This document shows positions 55,838 to 63,998 of a DNA stretch of 64,000 nucleotides, one piece after another (within the stretch, counting starts at the first letter, position 1; each line of letters begins with the position of its first letter). The translations under genes and the position numbers were made by a program. Under the pieces are notes generated by a model. The model had not been told where the DNA came from, searched no databases, and was given only the letters and a program-made list of their open reading frames with translations. The stretch is from IMG/VR virus record IMGVR_UViG_3300021197_001602, positions 1-64,000 of that record; one strand, given 5' to 3'. The DNA is from a virus.

Positions 55838-57276
55838 AAAACCTACTAACAGAGTGGCGGAAATATTTGAAAGAAGGGGAGGAGTCGGACTTTAAAGTAC
55901 ACACGATGTACAACCCTGAAACGGGAGAGTCCGATGAGGCTCAGTCGGAAGACGAGCACAACTCTCTTGCAGAGAAGGGATATGTCCATGTAGACCCTGA
56001 AGCTATCAGGCAGACTCTTAAAGCCGAAGGCGGGGCAGCAGGACTCGAAGCTATAATGGGCGCTGTTGATGCAGAAGAAGAAGAGTTGCAAAAAGCTATG
56101 ATGGCTATGCCAGATGTGGCACAGCATGAGAATGGTGATTATGTCATGTCTGATGAAGCCGAGGTGGAGGTCAAGAAGGAAGCTGCCGAGGTTAAAGATA
56201 AATACGACGATGAGGTTGAGCGCCGAAGCAAGAAGACAATGAAGCAGGGCTTGGCTTTTATGAAGAGCGAAGAAAGGCTGCAAAGTTTTGTATCTTCGAT
56301 TATTGACGAGGTAATGTCAGAGGGTGATGAGTGGTATAGCGATGAACACGAGACGCTGGCTGACAAGAAGTTTGCAGACTCTCAGGCTTCAGCGCAAGAA
56401 GGGCAAGGCTTCCAAGTAGGTGAGTTCGTTAATGTTGTTGATGGCTCGCTTAAGGGTGCTACTGGCAAGGTTATTGAAATTACCACCACTACAACTGGCG
56501 AAGAAGGTTATGTTATTGAACTTTACTCCGATGCCAAGATGAAAGTCTTCGGGCAAAGAGGTGACGAAGTTATTGCTGTTGCGGGAGACTTAGAGTCAGG
56601 CGGCACAACCGACGGCATGGAACTCTACGACATTGACGAAGCCAAGAACGAAGACGGCAAGGAACAGGGCGTTGATGGCAAGGCTTGCTGGAAAGGCAAG
56701 AAGTATGCTGGTTCTGAAGATACAGACGGCGACGGAAAGGCAGACAAAGACAAGTGCGTTCCAATGGAAGAAGCTGAGTTGGCTGAGCGAGGCTCGCCAC
56801 TTGAGAGTGGTCTCCAAACCGCAGTCCAAGATTTTATTATAGAGCAGATGCAAAAAATGGGCTTGAATGCTGGCGACCCAACAGACCGAGATAGAATTAA
56901 AAATCAAGTCATGTCAATTGTCAGCACCGCTATTTCAGCCATTGGCTTGGACGAATCAAAGAAGGTGGACGACAACCTCCAAGAGAATGTTGCAACTTTC
57001 ATCGATGACTTCTTTATTAAAGAGGAGACTGACAAGGAGCGCATGAAGTGCAACAGCCCTCGTTACATTAAGAAGGGCGAGCCTGGATACGGCAAGAAGC
57101 AAAAGGTTGTTAAGGCTTGCAAGGACGGCAAAGAAAAGATTATCCGCTTTGGTGATGCTAATATGGAAAATAAGAGCGACAGCAAGGATAACAAGTCAAA
57201 CTTTAGAAGTAGGCACAATTGCGATGAGAAGACGGATAAGTTCTCAGCAGGATACTGGTCTTGTAAAGATTGGTAG
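55834..57276 (+). CDS. Tagged multi-domain protein (KOW motif; C-terminal Cys/His basic domain)
   Basis: MKNLLTEWRKYLKE; FQVGEFVNVVDGSLKGATGKVIEI; FRSRHNC...AGYWSCKDW. Confidence 0.7.
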   Translation: MKNLLTEWRKYLKEGEESDFKVHTMYNPETGESDEAQSEDEHNSLAEKGYVHVDPEAIRQTLKAEGGAAGLEAIMGAVDAEEEELQKAMMAMPDVAQHENGDYVMSDEAEVEVKKEAAEVKDKYDDEVERRSKKTMKQGLAFMKSEERLQSFVSSIIDEVMSEGDEWYSDEHETLADKKFADSQASAQEGQGFQVGEFVNVVDGSLKGATGKVIEITTTTTGEEGYVIELYSDAKMKVFGQRGDEVIAVAGDLESGGTTDGMELYDIDEAKNEDGKEQGVDGKACWKGKKYAGSEDTDGDGKADKDKCVPMEEAELAERGSPLESGLQTAVQDFIIEQMQKMGLNAGDPTDRDRIKNQVMSIVSTAISAIGLDESKKVDDNLQENVATFIDDFFIKEETDKERMKCNSPRYIKKGEPGYGKKQKVVKACKDGKEKIIRFGDANMENKSDSKDNKSNFRSRHNCDEKTDKFSAGYWSCKDW

Positions 57277-57286
57277 GGGGTAGTTG

Positions 57287-57514
57287 ATGTTTCTTATAAA
57301 GCACTTGAGAGAAAATAACGAAACCTATTTTAGCCACTTGAAGTTCGCAGGAAGGGTGGGACTTTATCTTTCCTTGGCTTCAATTTGTTATTCGGTTCAT
57401 GCAATCTTGCCGTTCATCCCAATCCCAGCCCGTTTTAGTTTTGAGACTGTGGTTAACAAGTGCATTGCTTGGCACAATTATACTGTATTAAGAATGGACA
57501 CAGACGAACAATGA
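57287..57514 (+). CDS. Small membrane-associated protein (HL....ETY..HL.FA type)
   Basis: HLRENNETYFSHLKFA...HAILPF. Confidence 0.6.
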   Translation: MFLIKHLRENNETYFSHLKFAGRVGLYLSLASICYSVHAILPFIPIPARFSFETVVNKCIAWHNYTVLRMDTDEQ

Positions 57515-58179
57515 AAAAACTACTAACAGAATGGCGGAAGTTCTTAGCCGAGGGCACCGACCCACGAATCCAGAAACAAATTAACATGCTGCTTGCTCTT
57601 CCAAAGGGTATCGGCATCGTTGGTGATTCTGAAGATTCCTTTGGCATGTCATTTAAGTATGCTGAGTTTCACGAGAATGGTTACGATACTCTTGGCGATG
57701 ATGGCAATGACGAAGGCATCCCCCATGGCTCTGTGGACATCATGGAGACGGAATCAGATGCAGAAGGTCCATGCTTCGGCGGCTTTACGGTCATCGGAAG
57801 CAGCGCAGCCAAGGGTTGGGGTCCACTTCTTTATGAGGTTGCAATTGAATGGGCTTCGCAAGAAGGCGGCGGACTGACAGCAGATAGATTCTCAGTGTCG
57901 GACAACGCTCAGGCTGTTTGGGATAAATATGGAAAGAGAGGGGATGTAAAGGGCAATCAAATGGATGTGAGCCACAACCCCGAAGGGGCTGGAGCAAGGT
58001 TGAACAAAACAGTTCCCCAGCTTACACCAGATGACGAGTCTGACGACTGTGACCAAGCCCGAGCTATATCAAAGCATGGACCCGACTGGCATAAAGACCC
58101 GACAACAAGAATGTATAAGAAAGATAACGCAGAGGTGATGCAAGCCCTCAAGGCAGCAGGGAGGCTGTTCATAGCATGA
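57511..58179 (+). CDS. Tagged GNAT-like acetyltransferase
   Basis: MKKLLTEWRKFLAE; AAKGWGPLLYEVAIE (motif A-like); SVSDNAQAVWDKY. Confidence 0.6.
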   Translation: MKKLLTEWRKFLAEGTDPRIQKQINMLLALPKGIGIVGDSEDSFGMSFKYAEFHENGYDTLGDDGNDEGIPHGSVDIMETESDAEGPCFGGFTVIGSSAAKGWGPLLYEVAIEWASQEGGGLTADRFSVSDNAQAVWDKYGKRGDVKGNQMDVSHNPEGAGARLNKTVPQLTPDDESDDCDQARAISKHGPDWHKDPTTRMYKKDNAEVMQALKAAGRLFIA

Positions 58180-58805
58180 AATACTTAATGGAAAATTGGA
58201 GAAGATATTTGAAAGAGGGCGACACAATTGCCCTTGGTAAGTGCTATCCGTTTGCCAATAGAATGGCAATGAAGTGGTCAGATGACAATATTGACAAAAC
58301 AAAGCCTCCTGGTAAGGGCGTCCACCCAGATATTGATAATAAAGATAAGTTTAAGGTTGTGCACGGTCGCATAACCGACAAGTTCAGTGGAGAAAGCGTA
58401 GACCATGCTTGGGTCGAGATGGGCGATTTGGTTTTCGACGACCAAACACAACACACAAAGCCAGATGGAATCCCGAAAGCCACCTATTACGATTTGTATC
58501 AGCCAGAAGTACAGGCAGAGTACACAGCCGAAGAGTCTATGATTAATTGCGTGAAGTCTGGGCACGAAGGTCCGTGGAATGAAGACCTTCAGTTGCAAGA
58601 AGCAATCACTCTTGACATTGAAGTTGGAGATATTGTTCTCGGTGGTAAATATAAAAATAAAAGAATTGAAGTAAAAGAGATTGGCACCGATGAGATTGGT
58701 CAGCCGACCATCAACGGCAAGTCTCTTTTAAAGTTTAGAATTGAAAAGCATCTTCCCGATGAAAAGAAGTCGAAGAAGACGCTTGATGCAGAAAAAGATA
58801 AATAA
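58176..58805 (+). CDS. Tagged transglutaminase/papain-like protein plus a small C-terminal beta domain
   Basis: MKYLMENWRRYLKE; GKCY...VVHG...HAWVE...VFD triad; LQE/AITLDIEVGD second module. Confidence 0.6.
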   Translation: MKYLMENWRRYLKEGDTIALGKCYPFANRMAMKWSDDNIDKTKPPGKGVHPDIDNKDKFKVVHGRITDKFSGESVDHAWVEMGDLVFDDQTQHTKPDGIPKATYYDLYQPEVQAEYTAEESMINCVKSGHEGPWNEDLQLQEAITLDIEVGDIVLGGKYKNKRIEVKEIGTDEIGQPTINGKSLLKFRIEKHLPDEKKSKKTLDAEKDK

Positions 58806-58819
58806 GGGAGGATTTTATC

Positions 58820-58915
58820 ATGAAAAAGTTTTTACACAAGCTCGCTACACTGTTTGATACCAAACACTGTTGTTGTTGCTGTGGCTGCTGTTCTTGCGAA
58901 TCAGGCTGCTGCTAA
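58820..58915 (+). CDS. 31-aa Cys-rich peptide MKKFLHKLATLFDTKHCCCCCGCCSCESGCC (not in the ORF track)
   Basis: GGGAGG RBS; fills the gap exactly, and its stop abuts the next ATG. Confidence 0.7.
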   Translation: MKKFLHKLATLFDTKHCCCCCGCCSCESGCC

Positions 58916-59170
58916 ATGAAATTGATAATGGAAAAGTGGAGACGGTACACCACCCAAGATGGTGACCGTACTCTCACTCATTTGGTTGTTGAAGATGACG
59001 ACACTGAAGAGGATGTTGAGGAGGGTCGTGATTTTCAAAAAGATTCTTCTTACATCAAAGACCATGAGGGCAACAAAGAAGAATTAATTGGTGATGGGGG
59101 GCAGGACAATACTGAACCTTATGACAAGGAACCAATTAAAAAACGCAGTAAGAGTGCTCCACCCGCCTAG
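58916..59170 (+). CDS. Tagged small acidic protein
   Basis: MKLIMEKWRRY; ends KRSKSAPPA. Confidence 0.65.
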   Translation: MKLIMEKWRRYTTQDGDRTLTHLVVEDDDTEEDVEEGRDFQKDSSYIKDHEGNKEELIGDGGQDNTEPYDKEPIKKRSKSAPPA

Positions 59171-59177
59171 TTAATAC

Positions 59178-59363
59178 ATGGAGTCAGAAAGAAAGCAGAA
59201 GCCTTATCCATATAAGGCTGTCGAGTTTACGACAGAAGAGCTTGAGAAGATGAAAAGTATGGCGTCTTTGCGTGAGTACAATGTCTTTCATGATTGCAAT
59301 CATATAATCTATTCTCTGACTGTCCAGTTGATTAAAGAAAGGGCGGCAAATGAAAAACCTTAG
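59178..59363 (+). CDS. Hypothetical protein
   Basis: Short ORF within the operon. Confidence 0.45.
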   Translation: MESERKQKPYPYKAVEFTTEELEKMKSMASLREYNVFHDCNHIIYSLTVQLIKERAANEKP

Positions 59364-59532
59364 AAAGACATTGAAGATGGTGTTGCTCATGGCAACTGGC
59401 GTGAATCTTGCACTGTTCTCGTTTGGGCTTTCTCTTGGTTCTTCAGACATGTACTTGTTGGCTATTGCCTCGGCTGTGTTTTGCTTCACTGGGTATGTGA
59501 GTCTCTCTCTTGACGAAAGCGACGAAAGGTAA
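59350..59532 (+). CDS. Small two-TM membrane protein
   Basis: Two hydrophobic helices. Confidence 0.55.
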   Translation: MKNLRKTLKMVLLMATGVNLALFSFGLSLGSSDMYLLAIASAVFCFTGYVSLSLDESDER

Positions 59533-59540
59533 CAAATCTC

Positions 59541-59783
59541 ATGGCGTGGGATATTCTATTGACATTCACCTTGGCATGTGTTATTTATATTCAATATGTT
59601 ACAATAAAAAGCCACAAAAGAAACATCTTCATTCTTGCTAAAAAGATTAGAGAAAACTCTGCAACCCCGCAACAGGACATTAAAAATTGGCAACCGAAGA
59701 TTATTGAAGGTGAGCTTGATATGTTCCACAATGGGAAACGAGCCTCTATCAAAGCAGTCTTTTATCCAAAAAAAGTAATTTAA
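59541..59783 (+). CDS. Small membrane-anchored protein
   Basis: N-terminal TM helix. Confidence 0.5.
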   Translation: MAWDILLTFTLACVIYIQYVTIKSHKRNIFILAKKIRENSATPQQDIKNWQPKIIEGELDMFHNGKRASIKAVFYPKKVI

Positions 59784-59818
59784 ACCTAATAAATCACGAT
59801 TTTGACCACTACCTATTA

Positions 59819-62176
59819 ATGGAGGTGGGAAATGTGATAAAATCTTTGTTTTTGCCGTTGATGCTCTTATTGGCTTCCTGTAGTTGCGGCGAAGACTTCC
59901 GCCTAATTAAATCCTGTTCTTGGAAAACCGATAAAAACATTGGCTGCGTTGGCAACGACACATCCTACGATGAGGTCGTTGGCGAGGCTCGCCTTGATGC
60001 GAATCTTGGCTCTTGTGAGGCTGGTACTCTTTCATGCAGAAGAAACTCCGAGACAATGGAGAGCTTCTGTGAGAGGAATCGTTACGAAGAAGAAGAGCAG
60101 TGCTACAATGAGTGGACGAACCGCTCGCAGTACGACACCGTTTGTGTTGGCTATGTCGGACCCAGCACTGAGTCGTGTCATGATGACATCGACAACGACT
60201 GCGATGGCGCAGTGAACGAAGGGTTTGATGCTGACTTCGACGGCTTCATGAGTGCCCACATGACCTCACCGCTCAACGGAGAACTCAAAGCATGTGGTGC
60301 AGACTGTGATGACAGCGACCAAAGTATAAATCCCGCAGCAGCAGAGGTCTGCGACGGCATAGATAATAATTGCAATACCTCTGTGGACGAAGGGTTAGAT
60401 ACGCCTCACGGTTCTTGCGAGCCAGACTTCCCAGACAATATTAACCCAGCGCTTCTCCACTATGGCGCACCTTCACAGTGCCGCTATGAGCCAGGGACTA
60501 TAGTATGTTCTGGTGGCGGACTTGTCTGCCAAGGAGCAGTATTCGTGGGACCAACCCCAGAGATGTGCAATGGGCTCGACGATGACTGCGATGGCGAGGT
60601 AGACTATACGCTTGGTATGGATGACGGTATAGAAAACGAAGGGTCGAACTGTGGTACAAATGTTGGGATATGCGAGTACGGCACGACCAGTTGTATGTCT
60701 CAGGATATGCAATGCATCGGTGGTGTAAATCCAATTACTGTGATGCCAGATTCTTGTGATGGATTAGATACAGACTGTGATGGGCAGACAGATGAAGACG
60801 CAGAGCCCAGAGTTTGCTCAAACGGTTGCCCGTCCGCTGGTGTGCAATATTGCGATAGCGGAGACTGGACTGTTTGTGATGCCCCTTCTCCAGGCGATGA
60901 GGCAACAGACCCGTGCAATGATATCGATGATGACTGTGATGGGGCAGTTGATGAGGGGCAAGAGTGTCAGTGCGACCCATCGGAAGTTGGACCAAACGCA
61001 CCTGATTGCAGCGCTGGTGAAATGGCTGAATCGGGTTTGAGTTGCGGCACAGCCAAAAAAAATTGCATCTGTGAAAACGGAGATTGTCAATATGGACCTT
61101 GCTACCTTACTTGCGACCCGTGGGTAAACGGTGCACCTGTTGATGTTTTGTGGGGAGCTTGTCCAGCCGAACAGTGCGATGGGTGGGACTGGAACTGTTA
61201 CGGAGACAACAGGGATGGAATGGTGGATGTTCCTTGCGAGTGCAGCTTAAACTCCCCAGTAGACCAGATTCGTGCAGCAGCCGCTCAGGGTAACGGAGAT
61301 TGCGAAATAGGTCAGTGCACAGCGGGCTCTCAGTCATGCGAGTTTGATAATATAACGCAGACTTGGAACATGTCCCCGCTGGATTGCGGTGCCGTCGGAC
61401 CCTCAGAAGAAGTTTGTGACGAGATAGACAACGACTGTGATACGGAAGTGGATGAGAACTTGCAAAGCTTCGAGCGTGTTGATATGGTATTTATAATTGA
61501 TATTACAGGGTCCATGGGTCAGGAAATAGAAAACATACGAAACGCTATCAGTGCCTACGCAGCCGACTTCGCACAGACGGAACACAGGTTTTCGCTGGTG
61601 GTCTTCCCAGCCCCATATGATGGTGACCCAAACACTTGGCAGAGTCTGGGCAGCCCAGCAACTCAGTGTGGTGCAGGGAACATAGGAAACCCAATCAATC
61701 CGCCCTATTTACCGTCAGCAATGCCCTATTGGAAGATGACACCCTTGGTCGAAGTGGGTCAGTTCTTGCAGGCTCTTGACGATGTTCTTAATATAGGTGG
61801 CTTGGTCTGCTCAGAGGAGCCCTCCTACGATGTTATTGATGATGTCTCCTCGCCATCTGATATAGCAAACATAGGCTGGAGAGAAGATGCTTACCCTTAT
61901 ATATTCTTTATCGGAGACGAAGACGCTCAAACCTGGAGGGGGCTTACTGAGAATGCTCTCGGGCAAAGAACGCAGACTTGTGATGGCATCGGTATGTGCC
62001 CTTGCGGACCACCCGACTGCGACCCAGGATACAATCTGCTGGAGTTGCATTGCTTTGTCGGCAATGTAGACGCTCACGATTACGACGGCGTTTGTATGTC
62101 AACGAACAATATAAATAATATCAGTGCCCCACTTCTTCGAAATATATTTGCGGATGTCTGCCTGCCCACAGATTAA
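59819..62176 (+). CDS. Cys-rich lipoprotein with about seven E.CDG.DNDCDG..DE (MopE/myxococcal metal-binding type) repeats and a C-terminal vWA domain
   Basis: Lipobox LLASC; repeats seen directly; MIDAS motif VDMVFIIDITGSM. Confidence 0.85.
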   Translation: MEVGNVIKSLFLPLMLLLASCSCGEDFRLIKSCSWKTDKNIGCVGNDTSYDEVVGEARLDANLGSCEAGTLSCRRNSETMESFCERNRYEEEEQCYNEWTNRSQYDTVCVGYVGPSTESCHDDIDNDCDGAVNEGFDADFDGFMSAHMTSPLNGELKACGADCDDSDQSINPAAAEVCDGIDNNCNTSVDEGLDTPHGSCEPDFPDNINPALLHYGAPSQCRYEPGTIVCSGGGLVCQGAVFVGPTPEMCNGLDDDCDGEVDYTLGMDDGIENEGSNCGTNVGICEYGTTSCMSQDMQCIGGVNPITVMPDSCDGLDTDCDGQTDEDAEPRVCSNGCPSAGVQYCDSGDWTVCDAPSPGDEATDPCNDIDDDCDGAVDEGQECQCDPSEVGPNAPDCSAGEMAESGLSCGTAKKNCICENGDCQYGPCYLTCDPWVNGAPVDVLWGACPAEQCDGWDWNCYGDNRDGMVDVPCECSLNSPVDQIRAAAAQGNGDCEIGQCTAGSQSCEFDNITQTWNMSPLDCGAVGPSEEVCDEIDNDCDTEVDENLQSFERVDMVFIIDITGSMGQEIENIRNAISAYAADFAQTEHRFSLVVFPAPYDGDPNTWQSLGSPATQCGAGNIGNPINPPYLPSAMPYWKMTPLVEVGQFLQALDDVLNIGGLVCSEEPSYDVIDDVSSPSDIANIGWREDAYPYIFFIGDEDAQTWRGLTENALGQRTQTCDGIGMCPCGPPDCDPGYNLLELHCFVGNVDAHDYDGVCMSTNNINNISAPLLRNIFADVCLPTD

Positions 62177-62320
62177 TTAAGTTAACAAAACTACTTACAG
62201 TATGATAAGATGTTCTAGTTATGTTATTGACAACTGGAACTTCTCGTTGTCTTAATAAAATCGGTAGCTTGAGACTACCGTGGAGACTTTAGACGAACAT
62301 TAGGTGCTTGGAGTTTAGAT

Positions 62321-62518
62321 ATGTGTATCATATGTGTAGAGCTTGAAAAGAACAGGCTTACTTTATTAGAAGCAAGAAGAAACTATGGGGAGATGGTCGA
62401 CTCTATCGACGAAAGCCATCGAGAAGAATTAGAGAAAAAGTTATACCCAGATACTATTTATGATGAAGAGTATTATGAATACTTTAATTTTATCAAAGGA
62501 ACGAGCGGGTCAGATTGA
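62321..62518 (+). CDS. Small CxxC protein
   Basis: MCIIC...LT..EA.RN..EM; GGAG RBS. Confidence 0.6.
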   Translation: MCIICVELEKNRLTLLEARRNYGEMVDSIDESHREELEKKLYPDTIYDEEYYEYFNFIKGTSGSD

Positions 62519-62520
62519 TT

Positions 62521-63087
62521 ATGAAAAAACTATTAACAGAATGGCGTAAGTATTTAAAAGAAGAGGGAGAGGCTCCAGCAGAACAAGCTACAGCTTATTT
62601 TGATGGTGGCATCTATCATGGAGTTTCCCAAGCAAACTTGGATGGTCTTCGTGACCAGGGCATCGGCAACATGCCGAGCGAAATGGATATCGAGGAAGAG
62701 AAGGCAGGTGTGCCTTGTTCGCTCAAACCTCAAGAAGCCCGCAAGCATGGAGATGTAGTTCTTGAGCTTGACATGGAATCGATAGAGGGCTCTGGGCAAT
62801 ATATGATTTCCCCAGACAAAGAGAACGACCACGGAACCCGAATTACGATGGTGGACTCAGCCTACGATTCAGGTCACGGTGTTCACGATATGGTAGATAG
62901 CTTGGGCACGAATATTCCGTTCAGCTTTGTCAAGCGAGTTATATTCCCCCAAGGTTCAATTCCAGATGTTCAAGGCATGAGAGAGGGCGGCTTCAGTGGT
63001 GTAGAGATTGCAAGCTTTGCGGAGGACGAATCACAGGGTCTTGTCCGTCATTGGACCCCAGGAGATGAGTTGGGCGAAAGCCGCTAA
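62521..63087 (+). CDS. Tagged ADP-ribosyltransferase/Tpt1-fold-like protein
   Basis: MKKLLTEWRKYLKE; IYHGVSQANLDGLRDQGI...VPCS...A.KHG.VVLELD...IP...V. Confidence 0.55.
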   Translation: MKKLLTEWRKYLKEEGEAPAEQATAYFDGGIYHGVSQANLDGLRDQGIGNMPSEMDIEEEKAGVPCSLKPQEARKHGDVVLELDMESIEGSGQYMISPDKENDHGTRITMVDSAYDSGHGVHDMVDSLGTNIPFSFVKRVIFPQGSIPDVQGMREGGFSGVEIASFAEDESQGLVRHWTPGDELGESR

Positions 63088-63104
63088 ATCACGGGAGCGG
63101 AAAG

Positions 63105-63449
63105 GTGTTAATAACTCGCCACGAAAACGATATCGCTATTGGCGACCTAGTGAAGCTCAAGGATGATGAAGATACCGCAGTGGGTTTTGGAATCGTCCTT
63201 GATGTGAGGACCGACACTTATGATATGGCGGTAGCACTGATACAGAATTTTAATGACTATATGTCTGCCGTCGATGAGGGCTTCGAACCAGAGGAAATAA
63301 CGGATGCAGAGAGAGAACTGCTTCAAACACCAGTATATCTCATCCTTTGGCACTCCACGGATGGGCACACATTTAGTTCACGACCGATATGGATGTACCA
63401 CTCAGAAATAACAGTTATTAGCAAGGCAATAAGAAAACTCACTGACTAA
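63105..63449 (+). CDS. Hypothetical SH3/KOW-like protein
   Basis: IGDLVKL...G.GIVLDV...YLILW; GTG start. Confidence 0.55.
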   Translation: MLITRHENDIAIGDLVKLKDDEDTAVGFGIVLDVRTDTYDMAVALIQNFNDYMSAVDEGFEPEEITDAERELLQTPVYLILWHSTDGHTFSSRPIWMYHSEITVISKAIRKLTD

Positions 63450-63484
63450 GTATTGTATAAAATGACCAAGGAGTCACACAAAAA

Positions 63485-63733
63485 ATGAATAAATTAAATA
63501 TCCTCCTCGCAGCGCTTCTGATGGCACCTGCCGTTGCTTCCGCAGATGATGAGACGCAGAAGCCAGAGATTACAATCAAGTTCCCAATTGTTGAGAAGCA
63601 ATTCCCCGACCTTCAGAGAACCGTCAAGACGCCCACTGTCGTTTGGGCTCCAAGGCAAGAAGATGGAGAGCGAAAAACACATATCATCTCGCCCCTCTTC
63701 TATTACCAAGAAAATAAAGAAAAAACTAAATAA
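63485..63733 (+). CDS. Small secreted protein
   Basis: Sec signal peptide ending ASA; AGGAG RBS. Confidence 0.65.
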   Translation: MNKLNILLAALLMAPAVASADDETQKPEITIKFPIVEKQFPDLQRTVKTPTVVWAPRQEDGERKTHIISPLFYYQENKEKTK

Positions 63734-63737
63734 ACAC

Positions 63738-63766
63738 TTGACATGACCCACCCTATATGTTATAAA
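63738..63766 (+). promoter_or_regulatory. Sigma70-like promoter TTGACA-N17-TATAAA
   Basis: Near-consensus match. Confidence 0.65.
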
Positions 63767-63803
63767 TTACATGTAGCATTGGTTGTCAACAAGGAGTTTA
63801 TTG

Positions 63804-63998
63804 ATGAGAGACGCACTAATCGAAAAGATGTACGGTTTCCGACCTTCTGAGTATATTCAGAAAGGCTTATGCGTACCTGCGCCCACAGGCTGTGGTCAGC
63901 CAGCCTCGCCTTTTGTCCAGCAGTCAGATGAGGTGGAGTATAAAATATCGGGGCTGTGCTCCGAGTGTCAAAAGAAATATTTTAAAGAAACTTCATAA
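63804..63998 (+). CDS. Small Zn-binding protein
   Basis: C......C...EY.ISGLC..CQ; AAGGAG RBS. Confidence 0.6.
   Translation: MRDALIEKMYGFRPSEYIQKGLCVPAPTGCGQPASPFVQQSDEVEYKISGLCSECQKKYFKETS

Noticed and set aside
62202-62255. 17-codon ORF after the ACTACTTA motif
   Set aside because: No RBS and too short to support
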